Assembly: GCA_051294375.1 (NCBI GenBank)
Contig: CM119264.1
Coordinates: 2,497,631-2,561,630, forward strand
Length of the DNA: 64,000 bases
DNA from: Paraspadella gotoi
Taxonomy: Eukaryota > Animalia > Chaetognatha
Direction: 5' to 3'
The translations under genes were made by a program, and so were the position numbers. The notes beneath the pieces were generated by a model. It had not been told where the DNA came from and made no database searches. It saw nothing but the letters and a program-made list of their open reading frames with translations. This document shows, one piece after another, positions 12,281 through 25,655 of the stretch (the stretch's first letter is position 1; each line of letters opens with the position of its first letter).

Positions 12281-15200
12281 TCAAATGAAGTATTCGGCCT
12301 TCCGGTCAGTCATGTGCGGGTGGCCGGCGAGGTTATGGGCGAGTGCCTCGTCGGCGGTGGCGGCCTCGTCCGCGCCCTTCGCCTCGTGCGTCTGATAGAC
12401 GCCCTTGTGACGCGCCACGTAGCGTCCGATGATGATGGCGACGATGATGAGCGCGATGAAGACGAGCGCCAGCACTGCGCCGATCACCGCCTAAAATTCC
12501 GAGAAGAAAAGGAGGAATTATTGTTAGTAATTTTAATTATTTAAATATGAAGTTTAAGCCGAAGCACGAAACCTGATCGCTGGAGGAGATGTAGTAAGGA
12601 AGCGGAGTGATGGTGTGGACGTCGGACGGCAGCATATTGTTGGGCCGAGTGGGGGGAATGTCGGGGATGGGGGTCACCGGTTCGATTCCGCACCAGTCCT
12701 CGTGGATGGGTCCGTTCTGTGGAACAGAGAAAAATAAAAAAAGGATCTCAATCTCATGCAGAGGCGTGGCGGAGGGAGGGTAATAATGTTCCTAACTCAC
12801 CTTGACCGTGATGCCCGGGTAAGGGTAATCTTGCTTCATCGCCCACTTGAGGGGAAATATCTCTCCGAACTGAACTCGAGAAATGCATCCGGTGAACCCG
12901 TTGCCGACGCCGAATTTCTCAGAGTCGTTGCGTCCGATGTAGAGGATGCTGGGGGAGTCGAAGACCACGTCGCCAGAGGTCCCCGAGACGATGTCGTAGT
13001 CCCAGTGAAGCGGCTCGTAAAAGTCCACGCGCATGATGACCTTTTTAAAAGACGAAATATGACCGATTAATCGACCAATCAACTAAACAAGAAATTTTTA
13101 ATTCCTTTATGGAATATTAATTCTATATCGGTCCACCTCGCCACGACCGATATGAGAATCAAACCAAAGCGTCGATCAAACTCCCCACACTTACCCGTTT
13201 TCCGTCATTGGCGCGCGTCACCGTGACGTTATGATGCTGACCGTTGGCGTAATTGTGTCGATTATCGTTGATAATTTGGATGCTAAATCCGTAGTCGAAC
13301 TTGAACATGAGACCGCCGTTGTTTTGGACGGTGAGTTGGAAAAATTCGTTGTGACCGAATTTGGTCTTGACGCTCGACTGGACTTCCATCAGCAGCCCTG
13401 AAGATGGGGAAACGGAGTTGGTTTAAAGTATAAGCTTTAGGTAATAAGTAATAAGCAAAAATAATACTGTATTAAATCAAACTTTTTTTTGCCGAATCAA
13501 AATGTGACCTTTTCGTTCCGTGGTGGTGAATGCGCAGCCGATGATCTCCTGCTTCGTCGCCGTCGTCTTCGAGGACATTGGGAGATCCATCTTGACCATC
13601 GTGTTGGATTTGAAGTTGGTTCCGATCTCGTCCGAGCAATAAGGGCCTCTGCCCGGGGGGGGGGGAGAGGAGGCGGTTAGGGGGGGGGGTTTATCGCCCG
13701 ACTCGAAAGAACACACAATAGTATATATATATCTCTCTCTCTCTCACCTGAAAGCGGTGAAGGTGCAGTCGCAGAAGAAGTGATCGAATCGCTCCTCGCA
13801 GGTTCCGCCGTTGAAGCAGGGCGAAGAGTCGCACTTGCCGATGCAGCCTTTTCGAACGCCGAAGACGAATCGCTCCGTCGGCGCGAAGTTGTTGTTGTTG
13901 TTGTTGGCCTGATTTCTGCTGTTGGGATTTGATTTGTCGACGGCGAAGGAGACGAGATCCATGAGAACGCCGTTGACGGTGAAGGCCCGAATGCAGCCCA
14001 CAAAACCGTCCTTTTGTAGATTAGGAATAACGGATTAAATTAGGATTACAATAAAAATAGGAATTGGATTGGATTAAGTTTAGATTAAGATGAGATATTT
14101 AAATCTTATTTGAACCCGTCTAATCTCTAACATTCATTGCTTACATGTAATACACATAATACACGACAAAAGAGAACCAAACGATGAGATACTGACCCTG
14201 TAGTCCTTGTCGGCTCCGACGTAAAGCTTCGAATCGCCGAGCGAGAGGGCCCGGTGACCCTGGCTGCTTTCGGCCCTTGTGATGGGCGTGTTCTGATCCA
14301 CCTTAAGGCGCGCCTGTTTCCGGTTCCGTTCCATCTGCACCGTGTGCCAATCGTTGTCGTTGAGATCCGACGAGGATTCGATCGAGAGCACCTAGAATCA
14401 TTAAACAAAACAATTTAAGCTTTAGGAAAACAACCAAAGCAAAACTGAAAACGGGTCACACAAAACAAATCTTGACCTGAATGCCGTTGCCGACGTCGTA
14501 TCTAAAGTTGACGACCCTGTTGGTGACGAGCCGGACTTCGATAAAGTCTTTTCCGATTCCGTCGTTACGGAGGAAAAGACCGGATGTGGCCGTCGTCCGA
14601 AACTGAAACCGGATGTCGCCGGACTGGCGGCCGTCGAACGTCGGTAACTCTAGACGAGCGCCTTTGACGAAAAAGGTGACGGCGTTGTCGTACATCTTAT
14701 CTCCTTCGCAGGTGAGAGGATTGATGGTGAACTCTGCCTGCTTCTGATCCTTCATCGTCCCTGTGTCCCCGACTCTCATCTCCAGCACCGGAAGATCGTC
14801 TTTGTACTCGAGACGACCTGAAGAAATAGTAACAAATAGGATTTAGTATCGTTGACGTTTAATCCAAATAAAGGGTAAAGTTTTAGGTTGACAATAGTTT
14901 TATTTTAAAGGTGATGACGAAGGCAATGACGACACGATGACAAAGGTTACGAGAAAGGTGATGACAAATATTTATTTATTCAATAATTATTTGAAGGATT
15001 ATTTCTTGAGATTCGAAGTTGAGGAAAGTGCCTCAAGATCCCTCGGCAATCTCGGCCGTCGACCCCTTAGTCTCTCTGTCGGTGATGGTATTTTCAACAA
15101 ACACTTCCATAACCGACATTCAATTCTTAAAAAAAAACAAAAAACAAAAAACAAAAAAAAGAAACACTGTCTCTGGCGACCTCGCCTACCTTCGTCTATT

Positions 15201-15431
15201 AGCCAAGTGTCTTCTCCCGAGTCGCAGTTGCAAAAAGCGCTTCCTCTGCAGCTTTCGTCCTCCTGACTAAATGCGCAAGCGCACTTCTTCGATCCCGGCG
15301 CCGCGTCTCCCCAATAGTACATCTTTTGCGATCCTCGTCCGACCCACCAAGATTTGGCGCCATCCTTTGAATTCCCGTTGAAGAGCTTGGCGTTCCTGAG
15401 AAGCAAGGACAATTAAAAATTAATGAATAAC

Positions 15432-15462
<31 letters not shown>

Positions 15463-18400
15463 ACCTGCAGCGATATCTAACATTTTGGAAGCAACTCTTG
15501 GCTCGATCGATAAGAGTGTACATCTGCTTTTCTCCGTGTTCTTCGTCGACCAAGTACTCGATCCTCTGTCTGAAGGACCCCGGCTCTTGGTGGCCATCGA
15601 CGGGGATGCCCCCGCGATCCTCCAGGCGATGGTGGACGATCGCCTCGGTGACGGGGAGCGAGGTGATGGGGTCGGTGCGGAACCGGCAGTCGACCTCGAA
15701 GGGGCGGAGGGGGCCGCTACCGTCGATGTCGATTTGAATCTTGGCGTCAGCGACGTTGGGTTGAATCTGGCATCAAACAAAAGGCGGGGGAGGTTGAAAC
15801 ATAGGTCTATATCTGCAATGCAAGAAAAAACGTGTGTGTGTGTCATTTCGCATTCTCCACCTGTCGATATTCCTCGCAAGATGGCGGATGGATGGAAGTG
15901 TGGCAGACGGCGCCGCCGTATCCGTCTCTGCATTCGCAGCTAAACTCGTCCCAAGTCTGACGGCAATCCCCTTCGTGTTCGCAAGGGTTGGGACTGCAAC
16001 GGTCCAGAATGTCGCATTGGTTGATGAGCACTCCTGAAAGAAGAAGAAAACAATTTAGTGGGTTGTCGAGAAAGCCTGCAGCAAAAATCGCGAACCAATA
16101 TCTCTCGCTCTCTCTTCCTCTTCTTAGCTTTTCTCTCCGGCACCTTGGAGCTCGATGTTGGCGTTAACGTCCTCGATGATTATCTGCTCCCTGTCGATCT
16201 GGACGTAGCGCATGCAGCCAATGAAACCCCTGTAGAGCTCGTTGAGCGAATCGGGATGTCCGCCGAGATAGAAGGTAGAGCCAGCGCCGAACTCGAGTCG
16301 ACGCTTCGTGATGAACGGCTTCATGTCGACGGTCAGGTTGACGAAATTCTTCTTCAGTTCGATGTTGATCTGATGCCAGAGGCCGTCGTTAACTTTGACG
16401 TCGGTTTCCAAAGGGATTTCGAAGTCTTTCATGCCTGCGGCAGGATGTAAAGTTGGTCAAACATTGAGCCGTTTCTTTAAACTGATTTATCTTATTTTAT
16501 GTTTTTTTTTTCCTTTCAATTTTCTATCTCTATCCTTATTTCTTTCTTAATTTCTATTTGTTTCACTCTTTCCCAGCTTTCTCATATCCCGGTCTTCAAA
16601 TTTCATACCTTCAATGTTGTCCAGGGCCGCGTTGACGATCCCGTCCTCCAGAAAAACCCTGAACGATCCCGCATCGGCAAAGCGATGGAAGAGCAGCAGC
16701 GCTCGTGTGCTGTAAGTGCGGATGTCGAAGCGCGCCTCGGCATCGTTGCGGTCGCCGTTGTTGTCCTTGACGATCATGAGTGACTGGGCAGTGGGGAAAG
16801 TGATGGGAACGATCTTTTCCGTGACGCAGGCGAAGGAGACTCCCTTCTCCGCGTAATAACCTTGAAGACCTCGTTGAGCACCTAGAAGGTGGGGGGAAAT
16901 GTCGAAATGTTTACAAATAATAAAAAAGTATAGTGATCTCGCCAGACATTACTATCAAAGAAAGTTAATGAAAAAATCCTGAAAAAAAAAAATGAATAAT
17001 TGATATGATAACGAATTATTGATGTAATAGTAATTGATTGATGTAATAGTAATTGATTGATGTAATAGTAATTGATTGAATGAATGATGATCTGCAACCC
17101 AGGGTTTGGGTTGAGGCCTGGCTTAAAATATTAAGGTTAGGTTCCAGCTTGGCATGAGATGAGGTTAGGGTTAAGGCTAAAAAAGGGGTTTGCTGGAATT
17201 GACATGAGATTATAAAACAAATTAAGGTTTGGGTTTTTATTGAAGCATAATAATCTTTTTTTATCATTTATTTAAATTAAAATATTGTATTATATACTAA
17301 TTTGCATATTGCAGTAAGTACTATATTCTAATTTGCATATTGCAATAAAGCATAATGAAAAGGAAATTCAAACACAAAATACTTGAATCGATATGAAACG
17401 TGTGATTTTAAAAGATTTTGATGTTGAGAAGCTATATATAAATTTTTAGCTTCTTATGGTTACACATACACACTTTTACAATTTTCAATTGTAAAAAAAG
17501 CGTGACGACGACAACGGCACAAATAAGCAATTCTAAATTATTATAAGGATAAAAACCTAGATGCGATAGTAGCTTTGATTGAAAAACAACTATACAAAGA
17601 AACACTACTCCACCCCCGCTGCTCGAGCTTACCTTCGATGAGGTCGACGTTTTGCAGCACCACATTTTCCATGCAGCCGCGGAAGTTCTCCTGAGTGATG
17701 ATGCCCCTTTGATTGGGATTCTTCACTCCCCCGATGGAGATGTAATCGTCGAGGTCGAGCTTAACGAATTGGCTTTTGGAGACGCCCGTCACGCGGAGTC
17801 GGTCAACCGTCACCGATATGTTTTTGCTCTCGCGTTCGATGACGACGTCGTGCCATTGGTTGTCGTCGAGCAGGGACCCGCATCTCACTGGTGAGGTGAA
17901 GATGGTAAAGCAGGTGAGTAAAGGATTATTAGAAAATCCCGCCGTTTCCCCCAATCACCCGTCGTGGAGCCGTCTTCGTCGCTGGTTGAGCCGAGATCGA
18001 AGGTCACCACCAATCCCCCGTTTTTGAGCTGAACGGCCAAGTAGTCGCCCTGACTGTTCCACTGGTTGGTCGCGTAAAAGAGCAGACCCTGAGAACCGAG
18101 GGTGAGAGAGAGAGAGAGAAGGATAGAGAGAAAGAGAGAAAGAGGGAGGGAGAGAGAGTAAAAGAGTTGCTAGTTTATATCCCTTTCATCGTCGCCATTT
18201 CTTTACTCACGTTTGGCCTATTGGTGCGAAGGCGCATCTTAAGAGAATTCTTTTCGTCCTTGATGGCCAAATTCGATGTGGAAATGTTTCGAGTGATGTA
18301 AGTCACGCCTGATTGGTATTCATACGGGATATTTATGTAATAAAAAATATTTCACTATGGCAACGGAGAGACATGTGTGATGCCTGGGGTGTGAGGCATC

Positions 18401-19416
18401 TCCCGACAGCTGGCGCTCAAGGCTTTGGACCTGCAGTGACCACCCCATGTCACTGGCGTGTTTATGCCGACACCATCACACTTTAACCAGCGTGACCGTG
18501 AGGGGATTGAACCCGGAACTCACGGTTGGTGAATGAGTACTTAGCTGTCCAAGCCAATGGGACGAGGTGAGTTTCACCAAGCTATATGGGAGGCGAATTT
18601 AGGATTCGCCACATCACTTAACTTAATTAGAATTTCAAAAAAGTCGGCACCTGTAAAGTGGGCGGTGTAGGCGTTGAAGATGCAGCCGTAAAGTTCGACC
18701 CTCATGGAAATGTGATAATTCCACCTCAAAGGGTTGATGCGGATGCGAGAGGCGATGATGGGCTCTTCGAAAGTGTTAAACTACGAACGAGAGAAACGGG
18801 GAACATTTAACTTTTCAAGTCAACCCATATCCGGGTTTCATTGACGGTTTACCTTGGGGGAGTTGGAATCGCTGTTGCCCAAAAAACTCATGGGTTCACC
18901 GTCGCTGGATCGAACTGGTTTCCACGAACTCCCGCTGGAATCTGGTTCGTCTGAGAAGGAAATAATGAGACTCAAAATCAAAAAAAAAAAGATCGTGAGG
19001 TCCTTTAAACTTGTTCAAATGCGTTAAACTTTTAGCAAATGCTGCACAACTGTGAGACGCTCACCGGAATAGTCGACGCGGTACTCTTGTACCCATTCCT
19101 CGCTGCCCTCGCGACCCTGGGTGGCGATCTTGGTGATGTAGCGTGGCCCGCCCAAGTTGATGGTCAAATACTGGAAGAAATTGTTGTCGTTGGCCGTCCA
19201 AGCGTTCTTTCCTCCGAGTCTGGCCTTGAAGGAAGCTCGCTGAACGTTGGACTCGGAGGTGGCCGTCATGTGATTGTCGGGGATGCTCCCGTTTTGGACG
19301 CCGAGCGGCTCCTCGGGTCGGCACGTTTGGGTGATGACGGGGGCGGCATAGTCGAAAAGACAAGCAGTTAATAGGGAGGCGAAGATCCAAGCGCGGAGCG
19401 AATCTGGACGATCCAT
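12281..19416 (-). CDS. Nrx-IV: Neurexin IV / contactin-associated protein (Caspr/CNTNAP) family, ~19 coding exons
   Basis: Signal peptide, discoidin F5/8C (GSIPDNHMTATS..KARLGGKNAWTA..ITKIATQGR), LamG-LamG-EGF-fibrinogen-like-LamG-EGF-LamG, TM (IGAVLALVFIALIIVAIII), band-4.1 motif RHKGVYQTHEAKG and PDZ-binding C-terminus EYFI. Confidence 0.93.
17016..17350. repeat. Composite intronic repeat: 19-bp tandem unit, GGTTAGG-like tract and ~31-bp duplication
   Basis: (TAATTGATTGATGTAATAG) x~3 at 17016-17080; degenerate GGTTAGG/GGTTTGG at 17100-17235; duplicated CTAATTTGCATATTGCA at ~17297 and ~17328. Confidence 0.55.
18355..18563 (-). mobile_element. tRNA-derived SINE-like insertion in a Neurexin IV intron
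   Basis: Minus strand begins GTCCCATTGGCTTGGACAGCTAAG (A-box-like) ... GGGTTCAATCCC (B box, 18503-18514), followed by a GC-richer body unlike the AT-rich intron. No complete cloverleaf seen. Confidence 0.55.
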
Positions 19417-20212
19417 TGCTTGTCCTTTGTTTTTATCTACTAAGGATGATGGCACAAGGTTTTTTTTTTGTCTCAGGAAAAAATTGGTTCCTTCATGATC
19501 AGTTTAACGTAATTACTGAGAAAGGAGAGAAAGACGAAAAAACATTGAAATGGCATTTTGTAGTAAGCATTTGATTACCTCAGGACAAAATACCGATATA
19601 TCTAACAATTTGAAAAAAAAATATCAAAGGATTCTCGTTAAAGAAAGCAGAGCATAATAGCATCTTCGAATAAATTTGCTGCAGAGTTTATCGAGTAATC
19701 CTTTGACGGAGAAAATTACATTATAGAAATGATGTAAGCTGGAATCTAACTAACCTATACTTCAAGATTGGATTCGAAATCATCATTTAATTTTTAAAAT
19801 GACATCCAGTTTTAGCCATACTGAAAAAAATTATAACATATTCATTTCATATTTTTAGTTAATTCATATTATGTTTAATTAGTGAACGTCATTTTTCCGT
19901 TAACAAACTAATCAGGTTAATAAGTAAAAGGATGACGACTAATTTTTAATACAATCTAGACTACATAGAATGAATGATGCGAGTGGTAACAAAATTAGTT
20001 TGTTAACCGATACTTTATGAAAGCTTTATTATAAAAATTCTCTCTATTTCGAACCAAACGTCATACCCCTCCAGACTAGCGTCGACTATTGTAATAGCTA
20101 AAAAAAAATAAAACCTTCCACTATTAACTTGAAATACTTCGGGTAATCTTTCTACGGAAAGAATACGGCTCCAAAAGTAGGACCACCATCGAGTCTGGGA
20201 ATGAACATGCCA

Positions 20213-22291
20213 CTACAAGTCTGAGCGCCACTGAGATCTCTCAAGAAATCCTGATGAGCGAAAATGGAAAGGTAAAAAAAAAAAAAAAACTGGTAAAAAG
20301 AGTAGCGAAAGGCACTTGGATGAGTGTCAACCGTTGAGGGCGCTTTTGCCGGCGGAGGCGGACTCGTCGCCTTTATCGGCGTCGGGATCGCCCATGGCGC
20401 CTTTATCCTCTTCTTCTTCCTTCGTCTCTCCCTCCTCTTCGGGATTCTCCACGTTTTGATCGATGTCGGCGTCGTCGTCTTCGTCGTCGACGGGCACGTC
20501 CGGCGTAGGTTCGTCCGTCTTTTTTCTCCGCGCGGCGGCGACGGCAGTGTCGGCGCCGTCTTCGTCTTCGTCTCCGCCGCGGCAGCAGCAGAAGATGATC
20601 AGGATGACGACGGGTAAGGCGACGACGACGACGTAGACGAACCAAAGGATGGGATTCTCGACGGCGATGCGGTAGAGATATCCGAAGATTGATTCTCCTG
20701 CGGCGGCTGACGCGCCCTCCTGTTTCACTTTCAACTTCCACGTCTCGTCCGTCCAACTGTGGAAGAAATGAAGACTCGACGGTGAATACAGCTTATCATC
20801 ATCATCATCACAACTCTCCAGCTACTCTGACTATCACTATCACCATCACCCCTACCTATCAACAACGGCGACGTTGTCGGCCAAGATGAAATTGTCGAAG
20901 GCGATATTCTCGCTCATCGTCCAGAGTTCGAGTCCGATGGCGGCGATGGGTGTGATCCTCGACGCCGGATTCGCTTCCTCGAAGTAGTCGGGATTCTTTA
21001 TCTTTCGCGGCTTCCAGATTCCGCTGTAGGCCGGATTGTTGATGAGGGGCGGGCGCCATTTGCCCTTGAAGGCCGGATTATCGATCATCGGGGCCGACCA
21101 GGGGCCGCATCCGGGCGCGTCTTGACAGGCGGGGTTCTCCACCAGCGGAGCCTCCCAGTCCCCGTCCATTTCGTCGTCCCAATCGGCCGGTCTTTCCGCC
21201 GTGCTGTCGGGAATCATGGCCTCTTCGTCCTCCAGCCAACCTATAAATAATTCGCTATTAATGAAGACAAAAACAAAAAAAAAACTAAACATTCTTAAGT
21301 GACGTCTCACCCTCGGGTTTGACGGCCTCCTCGTCGAGGATCATCTTGGGTGCGTCCTCGTCCCAATCATCCGGCTTGACTGCATCGGGATCATCAATCT
21401 TCTCTCGCTCGTCCCAGTCCGCGGGTTTCTTGTCTTCTGGATCGTCGATCATCTCCTCCGGGACGATGGGCGGCGTCATGTCTTTGAGCAGATGACCCCT
21501 GGACGGAGGGTCAGGTTGTCACTTCATTGACGGTTATAAAATAATTTCAGAGGACAAACTTACTTTGACAAGACGCTCCCGTCCACTGACATCTGGTAGG
21601 ACGAGTCTCCATTGAGCACGAGCCTGAAGACGTGCGTCTTTCCCGTCTCGAAATATTTGGTGTTGAAGGAGTCGACCTTCTTGGCGTGCTTCTCCTCCAC
21701 GGCGCCAGAGACTGGATGGACGTGACGAAGGATGAAGTGGAACTTTTCCTCTGAGCCGCAACGGTCGGGACCGAACATGATAGTGTAGGGGGTTTTGTCG
21801 TGGAACTTGGTGTAGTCAGCGCCCTCCTCCACCGAGAGCAGCTTGACGTAGGCGCCGCCGCAAGTGTGCTCCGTCTGGAACTTGACCTCGTACTGAAAGA
21901 CGAGCGGCTTGCCTTCGGCGGGTCGGAAAGGCGCGTCCAGTTTGGCGGCAATGGCGTGGTGCTTTGCCTTGTCGCGCATGACGAGGGAAAGGTCTCCGTC
22001 GAGCGACCCCACCGACGTCGCCTCCACGCGCCAGCGTCCTTCGTATTTGGCGATGTCGTCGTCCACTCCGTCTTTGGACGCCGTCGAAGGCACGAACCGC
22101 TTGAGGGCGTCTGAAGACGAAAACGGCTCCGCAAAGATAATGCCAGGCCCGTCCATTTTGGGCTCCACGTAGAGAGGGACTTCGAGCGGTGGCGTTTCGT
22201 CACCCGTAGCGGAAGCGAGAGCCACCAACGAGAAAATCATCAATAAGTTTGTGGAAATTATCCTTGAGTAAAATCTTGCCATGGTCGTCAT
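20213..22291 (-). CDS. CANX: Calnexin
   Basis: Signal peptide; [26 protein letters not shown]; P-domain repeats ([14 protein letters not shown]; [15 protein letters not shown]); GLELWTM; [22 protein letters not shown] followed by CCC; acidic tail. Exons ~21564-22291, 21311-21498, 20856-21241, 20331-20756 and a probable last exon 20213-20250 (unspliced stop at 20327). Confidence 0.95.
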
Positions 22292-23691
22292 TTTTTTCTA
22301 TCACAGTTATTACGCTAATTTGATGATGGATAATATAGATGAGAATTGGTTCTATATATACTTTTCTGAAAAAAACTATTTACGGGAGCATAATCATTAA
22401 TAATTAATCTATAAAAACAATTCCCGCTTACAATTTGTTGCGAAAGAGAAAATATGTAATACAACTTTCTTTTTACAAGAGCGAAAAATTATTTTTTCAA
22501 TTACGCGCGACGTCTAAAACCTCCATAATACAACACTCAAATCTTAATTCACGATGGAACGGACTCCACGATGCGAGGACGATGGCGCTTCTACCGCTTT
22601 TCACTGGGAGCCGCCTTCCCGGTTACGGTAATTCCTCCCGAGTCCAGGGACACGTCATTACAAGAAAATCATAATATTAAAAAGAAAAAAATACCGACGA
22701 CCGTCACGCGACGCGAAAACGAGGTCGAAATCCGGAATCCGCGAGGGTCCGTCTTTCCGTTGGGCCGATCGATACTTACCCTCCTCGCCTTTCCTTTTTT
22801 TTTTCTTTTTTTTTTCGTAATTTTCTTATTTTTTTTCTTTGGCTCGAAAAACCTGTTTTTGTGTCTCCATGGCGACAGACTCCGTATCAAGGCGGGAGGC
22901 GGGGAAATGAGGGAAGGGCGAGGGAGGAGGAGGAGGAAGAGGAAGAAGAGAGGAAAAGAAAAGGGGAGGAGGAGGAAGAAGAAAAGAAAGAAGATATTGA
23001 ATAAGAAGGGGAAGAGGAAGAGAAGGAAGATGAGTTAATCTGAAAATAAGACAAGAACTGGAAGGAAAGATAGAAAGAAAAAGGAGGAGGAGGAGGAGGA
23101 AGTGAAAGTAGCAACGGTCACTCTTCTTTTCTCGTCTTCTCTCCTTCTCTCCTTCCCCATCCCTATGAATGAGGTGCTTATTTATTATTAACATATACTT
23201 CTAAAATTTAAGGCTATGAAGGAAAGAAAATAACTATTTAGTAGCTGTTTATCTTTTGTATTATGATTTTTTTAAATTTAGTATATTTTAGGCTCAGCTC
23301 TGCTTCTAATGTTTTTTTCTTTATTTTTTTGATTAAACCACTTATATCATTCGATGACTATAGTATATTGTAAATATATAATAATGAGGTCCAGAAATAA
23401 TTAGATCAGCTTATGATGAAAATGAATACACTAGTTAATTCTGTTATAAACCCAGTATCATTAGATTTCCTGTTTTCTACTTGGCCCACTTTGACTTTCC
23501 TTTCAATTCCTAGTGAGAGCAAGCACATGCACTTAAGTTTGCATGTTAATGAGACTTTACCTTCACCTTTCTCTCCTTTAATTTTCTTTTCTTTTCAAAG
23601 TCTTATCTATCTCTCTCTTTTTCGCTATGATGAAATTGGAAAACCTGGGTTCCTCTGAAAGGTTGAAAACGTCACGACTACGCCAGGCGCA

Positions 23692-23733
<42 letters not shown>

Positions 23734-25655
23734 TGTTCTCTCCCCCCCAAGGCATATTAGAAAAATAGGCTGAAAGACTTCTCGCAATGGCAACGCTTCC
23801 ATTGATTCCAGCGACTGACAGTAACGGTTGACGAATGAGTTTTTGACCTTCCGGTGGTGCGCATCGTTTGTCTCGCCAGATTTCGAATCCCGTTTTTCCA
23901 AATTGAATTGTGGTGTCGCGTATATGGAGAAAAATGAAGGAGGGAAAAGGATTAATTCTTTTGTCCTCTGGGATTTTGGCAATGGCATCACTTACTTAAC
24001 CCTTTGCTGTGCAGTGTGCACTGTGAACTTTGACTGGCGTTTTTAACATGATAAAATTCTGTATACTACAATATTCTATAGTACATAGAGACTACATCAA
24101 CGGCAACGCATCTCTCAATGTTATGATTTCTTTTCAGTCTGTTCTTACTTCTTAGAACCGTACGTTTTTTCGAATCCGTTAAGCGGATGTGGGTCAGACG
24201 ACAAGTCAAGGACGAGAAGTTCGTGTCTTTGGGACAAATATTTAGAATTTTGAAATTCAACGCCTAGAAAGTTAAAACCACCACTGCTGAAACTGTTATA
24301 AATACTGAATATTTATTATTCAAATCAGTAAGAATTATGTTTTACTTGAATATGCAAAGTGATAAAAATTTTCGTAAATAACCAACGACAACTCAAAAAG
24401 AATAAATCAATCACGAAATCAATTTTAGGTTACAAAATATATTGGGAGTTGCAAAACTTATTCATATGTTGACTAATTATTGAAAGAAAAAAAAAAAGAC
24501 ATGAAAACGATTGTTTAAGTCATTAAATTCGCGTATTTCCGACTCCCCGACGACCGAACTGGGTTGAGTGAAAAAAAAATACAAAAACGGCTCACCTAAA
24601 TATTTCAAAAGTTAATTTGTTCGATTGTCGATTGTGAAAACGAGTTATTTGGTTTTCTGATGGCGATAGTAATAAATCACCCCTCGAATATGATACTTAA
24701 TACTATTTATTAAATTATATGATTAATAAGTTCTATCAGACGAAAGAGTTACGAAACTTATACTTTTTCACGCTTATTCGTATAAAAATAATCAAAAATG
24801 ACCGTTAAAAATTGCAATTGAATCTATTAGTATTCCCATGTCGTTAATATAAATTGAGAAAACCTAAAAAAACCCGCAAAACCGTAGTGATCCACTCATG
24901 ACTCAAAAATGTGTCAGCGAGTCATCAATCATCATCCTGATCATCACTTATTCCTTTTTTTCCCCTTTTTACTACATTTAATTTTTCCCCTTTTTTAAAA
25001 TCTTTGTTATCGTTTAATTCTCAAATGCTTGGTCGCCAAGCTTGGTTTTTGAACACATTTGGTTGCCATCAGAGTTTTAAAACAAATTTGAGTTTCAACG
25101 TTATCCGATTCTCGACTTAATTTTTTTGTACCACGGTAAATCCGAATAGAAAAAAAAAAAGGGAAAAAACGACTCCCCCGTAGATCTTCAAGTTTGATAA
25201 ATGATCTGTCGACGAACTGATCAAAATGTTTGCAATTACTTTTCGAATCTTATTATAAAAAAAAGAAAGGATGAAGACTTAAAGGCACACACGCCGTTCT
25301 CATCTTCTTTCATCACAATCTTAGTCCTGAGGGAAAGACTTTTTTTATTTTCTTTATCGCCAACCAAAAGAAATTAAAAAAAAAAAAGGATTCGTAAAGA
25401 ATAAAAAAGGAGAAAAGAAAAGCGAACATTTGAATCGCGATTCGAGTTTTTTTTATTTTCGCCTTTGGTGATTGGTGATTAACACACGAGTGATTAACTT
25501 GGGTGATCGTCGCCGACACTCGGATGGGGAAGGGTTGGAGAGAACTTTACTTCACTTCGATCTCTTTCTTCTCTTAAACTATCAACCGAATTTATTTGTA
25601 ATATAATTATTTTTCGATTAAGGATAATTATTAAAAAAAAAAAAAACCTCTCAAG

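Noticed and set aside
13889-13935. Poly-Asn insertion in Nrx-IV before the second EGF domain
   Set aside because: In-frame (AAC)n slippage in a loop or linker; common and unlikely to be significant.
18490-18563. Functional tRNA gene
   Set aside because: B box present, but no convincing acceptor, D and anticodon stems; better explained as a SINE head.
23413-24260. Small ORFs between calnexin and the FReD gene
   Set aside because: No recognisable domains; one runs through a GA repeat; may be UTR exons or promoter sequence.
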